A stretch of 64,000 nt of DNA from an uncultured Dehalococcoidia bacterium (GCA_964637315.1 CAZWTT010000003.1:64022-128021); one strand, 5' to 3'. Shown: positions 1 to 7,409, counted from the first letter of the stretch. Program-made: numbers and translations. Notes: a model not told the origin generated them from the sequence alone.

Positions 1-72
1 CCCTGGCGAGCGAGGCAAAGAGTGGCCCGTGTCTGAAGATGACCCAAGAGCGAACGAAGTGAGCGGAGAACA

Positions 73-1116
73 ATGCGAACAATGAAAGCAGCTCTTTACC
101 AAGGCGACCGAAAGCTTGAGGTTAAGGATATTCCTGTGCCCGAAGTCGGACCAGGCGAGGTCCTCTCACGAGTGCGCGCCGAGGGCGTGTGCGGCTCCGA
201 CTTGCTCCTGTGGTGGGACAAAACCGAGCCGGAGGAGATACCGGGTGGCCATGAGGTAGCAGGTGAGATCGTCGAGGTCGGCGAAGGCGTTGACCTTGAC
301 CGTATTGGCGACCGCGTCGCCATCGATACCCTCGGTTTCGGCCTCAACTGCGGTATTTGTTTCTATTGTCGCCAGGGTCAACCCATCCAATGTCGCGACA
401 ATGAGTCCGACACCGGCGGCGGCTACGCACAGTACATCAAGCGCAACACGGCCGGCTGCTTTCCCATTCATGACAGCATGAATTGGGAGGAAGCGGCTCT
501 CGTCGAGCCACTCGCGGTATCCGTACACGGTTGTCGCAGGGGCAACCTCGAAGGTGGCGAGACCGTTCTCGTGTTGGGGGCCGGCAATATCGGTCAAACG
601 GCGGTCGCTGCGGCGAGGGCGATGGGCGCGGGCAAGATCATGATCACCGCCCGGCACGGTCACCAGGGTGAATTGGCGAAAACTCTTGGCGCGGACGTCG
701 TCCTTCCGGACACGGGGGACGAGCTTACCGACGCCATCGCTGAAGAGACCGATGGACGGGGCGCCGACGTCACGCTCGAATCGGTCGGAGGACGCACCGA
801 CGCCACCATCCAGCAGTCCATCCAGTTTACGCGGCCCCAGGGACGCATCGTCATTCTCGGCGGCTTCTGGGTGCCCATTGAGGTCGACTGGATGACACCG
901 TTACTCAAGGAGCAGTCTGTGATCTTTTCGTCCTGTTATTCGGTCTTGGACGGACGCCACGATTTCGAGATCGCCATCGACATGATGGGATCGGGCAGGG
1001 TGAATCTGAAGCCGATGGTCACCCACAAGTTTCCACTTGAGCAGGTTCAGAAGGCCATCGACACTGCATATGACAAATCCACAGGCTCCATCAAGGTCCA
1101 AGTACATCAGGTATAG
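73..1116 (+). CDS. Zn-dependent alcohol/polyol dehydrogenase (MDR superfamily), tandem paralog 1
   Basis: 347-aa ORF with a GGAG about 6 nt upstream of the ATG. It carries the catalytic-Zn region CGSDL...GHEVAGEIVEVGEGV, the structural-Zn cluster CGICFYCRQGQPIQC and the Rossmann motif GAGNIGQ. Confidence 0.85.
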   Translation: MRTMKAALYQGDRKLEVKDIPVPEVGPGEVLSRVRAEGVCGSDLLLWWDKTEPEEIPGGHEVAGEIVEVGEGVDLDRIGDRVAIDTLGFGLNCGICFYCRQGQPIQCRDNESDTGGGYAQYIKRNTAGCFPIHDSMNWEEAALVEPLAVSVHGCRRGNLEGGETVLVLGAGNIGQTAVAAARAMGAGKIMITARHGHQGELAKTLGADVVLPDTGDELTDAIAEETDGRGADVTLESVGGRTDATIQQSIQFTRPQGRIVILGGFWVPIEVDWMTPLLKEQSVIFSSCYSVLDGRHDFEIAIDMMGSGRVNLKPMVTHKFPLEQVQKAIDTAYDKSTGSIKVQVHQV

Positions 1117-1128
1117 GAGACCGTCCGA

Positions 1129-2175
1129 ATGCCCGAAACAATGAAAGCTGCCCTGTGGAACGGCAATGGAGCGATGGAACTTACCGAAGTCGACCGGCCT
1201 CCTGTAGGTTCCGACGATGCCCTGGTACGAGTGCGCGCCGAGGGCATATGCGGCTCCGATCTGCTCATCTACGCCGAGAAGACCGATCGGGAGACCATCC
1301 CTGCCGGGCATGAGATCGCGGGCGAGATAGTCGAAGTTGGTGGCAACGTCGACCCGGCCCATATCGGCGATCGAGTGGCGATTGAAGGCATCGGCCACGG
1401 CAAGGCCTGCCTCAACTGCTACCACTGCAACGGGGGGCAGTACTTCCTTTGCGAAAATATCGCGCCCGACACCGGTGGTGGCTACGCTGAGTTCGTCTCT
1501 CGTAAGGCCGTTGGTCTGTATCGGCTTAATGACGAAATGACGTGGGAAGAGGGTGCGCTGGTCGAACCCCTCGCCGTCGCGCTGCACGCGATGCGTCGAG
1601 GTGGACTGCGCGGTGGCGAGACGGTCGCCGTGCTCGGGTCCGGCACCATTGGTCTTTGCGCCACCGCCGCGGCCCGTGCAATGGGTGCCGGCACCATTGT
1701 GGCGACCGCTCGCTACCCACAGCAGGTTGATATGGCGACACAGATGGGCGCGGACATCGTCGTTGGATCCGACGACGATGAATTAAAGGGCGCGCTCGTC
1801 GATATCAGCGACGGCGTGGGAGCCGACCTGGTTGTTGAGACTGTCGGTGGCCGTTCCGACGCGGTCATGAACCAAGCTGTCGACGTGACCCGCAAGCAAG
1901 GCCGAATCGTCACCACCGGCAACTTCCACAGGCCCGTGAAGATTGACTGGTTCCAGTCCATCCTGAATGAGATATCGATAATCTGGTCCGCGACCTATGC
2001 AACGCAAAAGGGTCGCAACGAGTTTCGGATCGCGATCGATGAGATGGGATCGGGCAGGATGGACCTCAAGCCGCTGGTCACCCACCGCGTGACTCTAGAT
2101 GACATCCAGATGGGTTTCGACACATCTTTCGACAAGAAGACGGGCGCCATCAAGATCCAAATCCTCACCGCGTAG
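1129..2175 (+). CDS. Zn-dependent alcohol/polyol dehydrogenase (MDR superfamily), tandem paralog 2
   Basis: 348-aa ORF starting 12 nt after paralog 1 and collinear with it. Motifs: GHEIAGEIVEVGGNV, CLNCYHCNGGQYFLC, GSGTIGL. Confidence 0.85.
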   Translation: MPETMKAALWNGNGAMELTEVDRPPVGSDDALVRVRAEGICGSDLLIYAEKTDRETIPAGHEIAGEIVEVGGNVDPAHIGDRVAIEGIGHGKACLNCYHCNGGQYFLCENIAPDTGGGYAEFVSRKAVGLYRLNDEMTWEEGALVEPLAVALHAMRRGGLRGGETVAVLGSGTIGLCATAAARAMGAGTIVATARYPQQVDMATQMGADIVVGSDDDELKGALVDISDGVGADLVVETVGGRSDAVMNQAVDVTRKQGRIVTTGNFHRPVKIDWFQSILNEISIIWSATYATQKGRNEFRIAIDEMGSGRMDLKPLVTHRVTLDDIQMGFDTSFDKKTGAIKIQILTA

Positions 2176-2196
2176 CCTCCCACTTCAGGCTCCCTA

Positions 2197-2460
2197 GTCC
2201 GTCTCATATATTGGAGCGTTGAGGAGGCGTCCGGCCGGGTTGCTCTGCTGGAGTCGGCCGGGTTCGAAGTTCTCTACGACGTCCTAGCGACGAATGACGC
2301 ACCCAAAGTTCTGCTGTCGAACATGCCTGACGCCTACGTAATAGACCTGAGCCAACTTCCGAGCCTCGACCGGGGGATGGGCATGTTTCTGCATTAACAG
2401 AGGGCCTCGCGTCACGTGCCACTCATATTCGCGACCGGGCTTAGTAAGAGAATCGAGTAG
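2197..2460 (+). pseudogene. CheY-fold (receiver-like) domain remnant, copy 1, with no start codon and two in-frame stops
   Basis: The frame continuing from the ADH2 stop reads VRLIYWSVEEASGRVALLESAGFEVLYDVLATNDAPKVLLSNMPDAYVIDLSQLPSLDRGMGMFLH*QRASRHVPLIFATGLSKRIE*. There is a TAA at 2395-2397 and a TAG at 2458-2460. The sequence is collinear with copy 2. Confidence 0.5.
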
Positions 2461-2589
2461 ATAAGGCGCCTCCTCCCAGGCGCCACCTACACCCCCTCGG
2501 GAAATATCGACCCGGCTCTGGATGCTTATCTTGACTCCTCCATCGACGGTGGGTCTGCACCGTGGCCGACCAGCACTGGCGAAATATCC

Positions 2590-2876
2590 GTCCGACTCAT
2601 TCACTGGGATGCAGAAGGCTCGTCCGATCGCATCGCTCGACTGGAGAGTTCCGGTTACACAGTGATGTATGACGTGCTCTCTAAGAACGACGCAATGCGA
2701 GTTTTGCTCTCCGAAATTCCGGATGCCTTCGTCATCGATCTGAACAGTTTGCCGGCGCTAAGCCGACAGGTAGGCCTATTCTTGAGACTTCAAAGGACGA
2801 CGCCAAGCGTGCCACTCGTGTTCGTAGGCGGATTCTCCTGGACGCCGCCTACTCATCCTGGGAGAATGTCGGCTAG
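2590..2876 (+). pseudogene. CheY-fold (receiver-like) domain remnant, copy 2, frameshifted at the 3' end
   Basis: Same frame as copy 1: VRLIHWDAEGSSDRIARLESSGYTVMYDVLSKNDAMRVLLSEIPDAFVIDLNSLPALSRQVGLFLRLQRTTPSVPLVFVGG. The homologous tail (LLDAAYSSWENVG*, compare RLLPGATYTPSGNID in copy 1) continues only in another frame. The only canonical start is internal (track ORF 2662-2895). Confidence 0.45.
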
Positions 2877-2912
2877 GTCCTCGCTGGAACCATAGGCGCT
2901 GTAGTCGTCACG

Positions 2913-3393
2913 GTGGTCGCGCCTCCCCTGCTCGACTTGTCTCCAGACTTCCCGTTGCACATCTGTATTGACGTCGATCCCGGTTTCAGGGTTGGACTGG
3001 TGGGAGCCCTCGACGATTTTGAGACTTGGCTCGGCGACCTTCCTACGAGGGCCTCGATTACCAGACAGATTGACGGGCGATTCGACCGGATCGTTTGGTT
3101 CACCGCATCGCGTCTCGATCTACAGGCGAACGCGGAGGAGTTCTCAGAGATGCTCTCGGAGACAGGCGGTCGGTTTGATCGCATGATCTGGTTCGCCACC
3201 TCCCGTGCCGACCTGCGGTCGGAGGAGGGGGGGGTGCGGAATATGGGTCGCTTGGCCGAGTGTGCCCTCCGTCCTTCAGACCGATCTGGACGAGAACGTC
3301 GTCAGAGAAGTCGGTCTCGCGGTGCGCATGGTCGAGTGCAAGATCGCCGCCATTGATCCTGACTGGTCAACGATACTGCTCGCGCACCGGTAG
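2913..3393 (+). pseudogene. DUF3052-like protein, disrupted by a frameshift at a G8 tract and carrying an internal 93-nt tandem duplication
   Basis: The 5' part is in frame 0 (track ORF 2913-3356). The family-like C-terminus IWVAWPSVPSVLQTDLDENVVREVGLAVRMVECKIAAIDPDWSTILLAHR* is in frame +1 (track ORF 3205-3393). Removing one G from the G8 run at 3227-3234 joins the two parts. GRFDRIVWFTASRLDL (from 3075) and GRFDRMIWFATSRADL (from 3168) are a direct duplication. The DUF3052 assignment is from memory of that family's consensus. Confidence 0.5.
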
Positions 3394-3431
3394 GGCAACT
3401 GAGAGTCGGGCCCTACGGCCCGGCGTCGCCG

Positions 3432-4292
3432 TCAGTAGGGGTACTCTGGCACCTCCGTAGCCCCCTCATCTTCCGCGGACTCGGATTCGTCGGGGTTGGA
3501 ATCGGCTTCGGCCTCGTGCTCTGGCTCGTCAACATACAACTCGGTCAGGTCGGCCGCCGCCGCCTCTTGCCGGCGGATGGCTTGTTCCTGTTCGGCGATC
3601 ATCCGGCGCATCTGCTCTCCCACCCAGCGTTTTATCTCGTCCAGTGACGGCGGCGAGATGTAGAACACCTGGATGTCAGTCGGGAACTGTACCTGATGGT
3701 CTTCGTTGACCACGAACAGGCCCGCCTCGTCCGCCCCTAGCGTTTTGTCGATCACGTCGGCTATGTGTGCGTACCGTGTTTTGGTGGCCCGATCGAGGGA
3801 CTCTCTCACCGTGTCGCGGACGGTATCACTGATTAATCCCACCCCACTGCAACGCTGCCAATCGACGGCCTCCTCAAGCGCTTGGCGATGGTCCGTGGCC
3901 TCGAGTTTGGCCGTTGAGCGACACAGTACGTTGATGAACGAATGACCGTGGACGTTGACCTGTTCGATCTCCTCCAAGCCCCCGTCGCCGCCATCGAATA
4001 CTGATTCGTGGTACACGTGGGTCACACTGGTCAGGGTCCTCTCCAGGTTCTCTACCTGGCCGCGGACGTCGGTCCAGTATCGTTCGACTCTCTCCCTGAA
4101 ATCGTCCGGTATGTCGGCCATGACGAAAAAGGTCGGTACCAGATAGAGCTTGCGCCCCTCCCGGAAGCCCTCGGCCTCCGGCCTGGTAATCTCGCCTAGT
4201 GGCTCTCCGCTCGCTTGCGGCTCGCTCGTCATGGCTTCTTTGCGCGAGCGCTCATCGCTTTGGGGATTCACAGCCTCGGTATTTGCCGTCAT
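3432..4292 (-). CDS. hypothetical acidic protein, translationally coupled to fdsA
   Basis: 286-aa ORF whose ATG overlaps the fdsA stop (ATGA at 4289-4292). Residues about 6-30 are encoded by repeat copy A. The conserved-looking core runs GRKLYLVPTFF...VQFPTDIQVFYISPPSLDEIKRW. The C-terminal tail is very acidic. I recognised no family. Confidence 0.6.
   Translation of the reverse strand: MTANTEAVNPQSDERSRKEAMTSEPQASGEPLGEITRPEAEGFREGRKLYLVPTFFVMADIPDDFRERVERYWTDVRGQVENLERTLTSVTHVYHESVFDGGDGGLEEIEQVNVHGHSFINVLCRSTAKLEATDHRQALEEAVDWQRCSGVGLISDTVRDTVRESLDRATKTRYAHIADVIDKTLGADEAGLFVVNEDHQVQFPTDIQVFYISPPSLDEIKRWVGEQMRRMIAEQEQAIRRQEAAAADLTELYVDEPEHEAEADSNPDESESAEDEGATEVPEYPY
4204..4275 (+). repeat. 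~70-nt dispersed repeat, copy A (core GGCTTCTTTGCGCGAGCGCTCATCGCTTTGGGGATTCAC)
   Basis: Aligns base-for-base with copies at 7058-7137, 7329-7395 and 20470-20540, and inverted at 6694-6740. It lies inside the 5' end of the 3432-4292 ORF. Confidence 0.8.
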
Positions 4293-7048
4293 GCAATGAC
4301 CTCTATGCGCACCGCGCAGACCTTGTACTCGGGGATCTTAGACACCGGGTCGAACGCCGGGTTGGTGAGAAAGTTCGCGGCTGACTCCTTCAGTTTCACG
4401 AACGGCACAAACACCTGCCCTGCATCCGTCTTCTGGTCGAAATACACCCTAGCCTCCAGCGTCCCGCGGCGCGACTTGAGCTCCACCCTGTCGCCCTCTG
4501 CGATCCCGTATCGCTTGCCGTCTTCCTCGTTCATCGACAGCGGTATCTCGCTTGCGCGAGCCAGCAGAGTCGGTACCCGCCGCGTGAGGGTCCCGCCGTG
4601 CCAGTGGTAGAGGATGCGGCCGGTATTGAGGATCAGTGGAAACCTCTTGGTCGGCAGTTCCTCGGCGGCAGGACCCTGATCATGGGCGACGAATCGAGCC
4701 CTGGGCCCCCGCGGGAAGTCGCTTTCGTACAGATAGCGGGTGCCGGGATGGTCCGGGGTCGGGCAGGGCCACTGGATGCCACCCTCGCGGTCGAGCCGCT
4801 CATAACTAATGCCTGCGACGATGGGGGTTAGGGACGCCATCTCGTTCCATATCTGCGAGGGCTCAGAGAAGGAGAAATGATTCCCTATTCCCGAATTGCG
4901 CTTTTCTGAGATCCGGCGCGCCACGTCGCAGACGATCTCCCAATCTGGGCGGCTGTTGCCCACCGGCTTGATGGCTTGGCGCACCCGCTGGACACGGCGC
5001 TCGCTGTTGGTGAAGGTGCCATCTTTTTCGGCGAAGGAACTGGCGGGCAGGACGACGTCTGCGATCTCCGCCGTCTCGTGCAGGAAAATGTCCTGCACGA
5101 CGAGGAATTCGAGGCTCTTGAACGACTGCTTGGCATGAGTGAGGTCGGGCTCGGACAGCAGCGGGTTTTCGCCGGTGATGTACATGGCCTTGATGCGGCC
5201 GTTGTCCATCGCCTCAACCATCTCAGTGATGACAAGGCCCTTTTCAACGGGAAGGGCGTTGTCGCCCCAGGCGCTTTCGAATTTGGCGAGCGCCTCCGAA
5301 GCGACGTTCTGATAACCGGGGAGGTTGTCGGGAATACAGCCCGCGTCTCCGCAGCCCTGCACGTTGTTTTGGCCCCGCAGTGGCGAGATGCCTGCCCCCG
5401 GCTTTCCCAATTGACCGGATACTAGAGCGAGGTTTATCAGCCCGTGAGCGTTAGCCGTGCCGTTGGTGTGTTGCGTGATGCCCATGCCCCAGATCAGACA
5501 GGAGCCGGAGAACGGCGGGCTGGCGTAGATGCGGGCCGCGGCTTGTATATCCTTCGCCGGGACACCTGTTATCTTCTCGGCCTGGGTCAGGTTGTAGCAC
5601 TCCACCACGCTGCGCCAGTTTTCGTAGCCGTCTGTGCGATTTTTGACGAACTCCTCGTCGGCCAAGCCCTCGTCCAGTATGACTTTCGCGATCGCATTCA
5701 GGAGGGCCACGTCCGTGCCAGGTCTGGGACGTATCCAGATATCGGCGTAGTCGCACATATCGATACGTCTGGGGTTGATGACGATCAGCTTGGCGCCACG
5801 CTCGACCACGGCCCGCCGCATACGAGCGGCGGCGACAGGATGGTTGGAGTCAGCATCCGACCCGACGATCACCAGGCAGCCGGCCTCGTCGTAGTCGATG
5901 TAAGAGTTGGAGGTAGCGCCACTACCCAGGGCCACGAGCATCGCTTCTAACGAAGGTGAGTGACATAGGCGCGTACAATGGTCGATGTTATTGGAACCCA
6001 TCACCAGTCGGGCGAACTTCTGCTGGATGTAGCCGTCCTCGTTCGTGGCCTTGGCAGAGCACAGGGTGACGAACTCGCCGCCGTCGTACCCGGAAAGCTT
6101 CTCGGCGATCAAATCCAGCGCCTCGTCCCAAGACGCTGGTTGCAGGCTTCCTTCCTTGCGGACGAGTGGCGTGGTGAGTCGATCCTTGTGATGCACGAAC
6201 GTGTACCCGAACCGTCCCTTGACGCAGAGCATGCCCAGGCTTGATCGATTGTCCGGGTCGTCGAGCATCTCGACGATGGTGTCGCTGCCATCGACACGAA
6301 CTTTAATGCCACAGCCCACGCCGCAGTAGGGACAGGTGCTGGCGACGGTCTTGGCGATGTTCGTGACCGCTTCTTTCGTGCGGATCGCGCCGGTGGGGCA
6401 AACCGAAAGGCACTGCCCACAGGTGGTGCATGATGAGTCCATCAGGGGCTGGTCCATGAATGTGCCGATGCGGCTGGTCGCGCTCCCGGTCCCGAGGAAG
6501 TCGATGGCGCCGATGAGTTGATGGCCATCCTGGCAGGCCTGGGTGCACCGGCCGCACAGGATGCAGTCCTGCATCGCGATGTCGAAGACTGGGTTGGATA
6601 CGTCGGTAGCCTCCCGTCGCCGACCTGTCCACCTTGTCGAGGCGATTCCGTGGTGCTCCGCGGCGATGGTCAGTTCGCGGTGGTCCTCCGTGCCGTCCGT
6701 CGATTGCGAAAGCGATGAGCGTTTATGAAAAGAGCCTTTCGGGCCCACCTCTTCGCTGGGCTCGACCATAGCGAGAGTCAGTTCGATGACGCCGGCGCGG
6801 ATGTGTCGGACCTCGGGGGTGTCGGTTCGTACCGTGAGCCCCTCGGCCGCCGGCACCGAACACGAAGCTGGGTAACCACGCATCCCGTCCACCTGCACCA
6901 GGCAGGTGCGGCAGGAGCCGATCGGCTTCATATCCGGATCCTTGCAGAGCTGGGAGACGTAGGTCTCGGAGGCGTTGACCGCGTCCAGCACCGACGCCCC
7001 GTCGCTGACGGTCACCTCGCGCCCGTCGACGGTTAGAGTGACGGTCAT
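4289..7048 (-). CDS. fdsA: NAD-dependent formate dehydrogenase alpha (catalytic molybdopterin) subunit, Cys-type
   Basis: 919 aa. It has an N-terminal plant-type 2Fe-2S pattern (C35, C46, C49, C63), two ferredoxin 4Fe-4S motifs (CILCGRCTQAC, CTTCGQCLSVCP), the Mo-domain cluster CPYCGVGCG...C, and the active-site stretch IDHCTRLCHSPS. Cys362 (codon 5963-5965, TGT) sits where selenocysteine sits in Sec-type enzymes. Confidence 0.93.
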   Translation of the reverse strand: MTVTLTVDGREVTVSDGASVLDAVNASETYVSQLCKDPDMKPIGSCRTCLVQVDGMRGYPASCSVPAAEGLTVRTDTPEVRHIRAGVIELTLAMVEPSEEVGPKGSFHKRSSLSQSTDGTEDHRELTIAAEHHGIASTRWTGRRREATDVSNPVFDIAMQDCILCGRCTQACQDGHQLIGAIDFLGTGSATSRIGTFMDQPLMDSSCTTCGQCLSVCPTGAIRTKEAVTNIAKTVASTCPYCGVGCGIKVRVDGSDTIVEMLDDPDNRSSLGMLCVKGRFGYTFVHHKDRLTTPLVRKEGSLQPASWDEALDLIAEKLSGYDGGEFVTLCSAKATNEDGYIQQKFARLVMGSNNIDHCTRLCHSPSLEAMLVALGSGATSNSYIDYDEAGCLVIVGSDADSNHPVAAARMRRAVVERGAKLIVINPRRIDMCDYADIWIRPRPGTDVALLNAIAKVILDEGLADEEFVKNRTDGYENWRSVVECYNLTQAEKITGVPAKDIQAAARIYASPPFSGSCLIWGMGITQHTNGTANAHGLINLALVSGQLGKPGAGISPLRGQNNVQGCGDAGCIPDNLPGYQNVASEALAKFESAWGDNALPVEKGLVITEMVEAMDNGRIKAMYITGENPLLSEPDLTHAKQSFKSLEFLVVQDIFLHETAEIADVVLPASSFAEKDGTFTNSERRVQRVRQAIKPVGNSRPDWEIVCDVARRISEKRNSGIGNHFSFSEPSQIWNEMASLTPIVAGISYERLDREGGIQWPCPTPDHPGTRYLYESDFPRGPRARFVAHDQGPAAEELPTKRFPLILNTGRILYHWHGGTLTRRVPTLLARASEIPLSMNEEDGKRYGIAEGDRVELKSRRGTLEARVYFDQKTDAGQVFVPFVKLKESAANFLTNPAFDPVSKIPEYKVCAVRIEVIA
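6694..6740 (-). repeat. ~70-nt dispersed repeat, copy E (inverted relative to A-D), inside fdsA
   Basis: The reverse complement reads GGCTCTTTTCATAAACGCTCATCGCTTTCGCAATCGACGGA. This matches the core of copies A-D. It encodes FdsA residues about 104-120 (KGSFHKRSSLSQSTDGT). Confidence 0.7.
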
Positions 7049-7326
7049 GGCCTAGCCTCTCTGCGGTCTTCGCGAGACTTCGCCTCGCTCATCACGGCTT
7101 CTTCGGGCAAGCGCTCATCGCTTTGGGAATCGACGGCAGATCGGGTGTGAGCCGAGTTTCCATCACCGTTTGGCCGCTTAGGCTGAGACCAGACGACACC
7201 CAGTGCGGCGCCGATGCCGACTCCAATTGCGACTCCAATAGCCACCGAGTCCAGCGCCGCACCTATCGCCACACCGATGCCTATACCAACGGCGATCCCG
7301 CCACCCATGCGGCCGTTGCTGCTCAA
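7045..7326 (-). CDS. small glycine-zipper membrane protein embedded in the FDH operon
   Basis: 93-aa ORF whose stop overlaps the fdsA ATG (ATGA at 7045-7048). The N-terminal half is GGGIAVGIGIGVAIGAALDSVAIGVAIGVGIGAALGVVW (GxxxG-rich TM). The C-terminal roughly 30 aa are encoded by repeat copy B. Confidence 0.5.
   Translation of the reverse strand: MSSNGRMGGGIAVGIGIGVAIGAALDSVAIGVAIGVGIGAALGVVWSQPKRPNGDGNSAHTRSAVDSQSDERLPEEAVMSEAKSREDRREARP
7058..7137 (+). repeat. ~70-nt dispersed repeat, copy B
   Basis: Core GGCTTCTTCGGGCAAGCGCTCATCGCTTTGGGAATCGACGGC. On the minus strand it is translated as AVDSQSDERLPEEAVMSEAKS. The same frame of copy A gives AVNPQSDERSRKEAMTSEPQ. Confidence 0.8.
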
Positions 7327-7328
7327 GT

Positions 7329-7395
7329 TCTCCGCTCACTCCGTTCGCTCGTCAAGACTTCTTCGCGCAAGCGCTCATCGCTTCGCAATCGACGG
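7329..7395 (+). repeat. ~70-nt dispersed repeat, copy C (intergenic, between fdsB and the small ORF)
   Basis: TCTCCGCTCACTCCGTTCGCTCGTCAAGACTTCTTCGCGCAAGCGCTCATCGCTTCGCAATCGACGG. This is the only copy not inside an ORF. It fills most of the 83-nt gap 7327-7409. Confidence 0.8.
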
Positions 7396-7409
7396 TACTA
7401 GGCGTCTGT

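Noticed and set aside
2395-2460. In-frame TAA/TAG codons here, and the TAG at 24482-24484, considered as possible stop-codon recoding (pyrrolysine, readthrough or an alternative genetic code).
   Set aside because: TAG and TAA terminate many well-supported genes in the window (both ADHs, the GT-C 2 gene, the GT2 gene at 47580, and others). The affected genes also lack start codons or carry frameshifts. Ordinary pseudogenisation is the simpler reading.
5963-5965. Possible selenocysteine (TGA) codon and SECIS element in the formate dehydrogenase alpha subunit.
   Set aside because: The active-site position is a TGT Cys codon (IDHCTRLCHSPS). The ORF has no in-frame TGA.
7360-7385. The repeat core considered as a rho-independent terminator or REP-type hairpin.
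   Set aside because: Only a 5-bp stem (AAGCG/CGCTT) is shared by the copies. The extended pairing in copy C is not preserved in B or D. No U-tract follows, and four of the five copies are inside ORFs.
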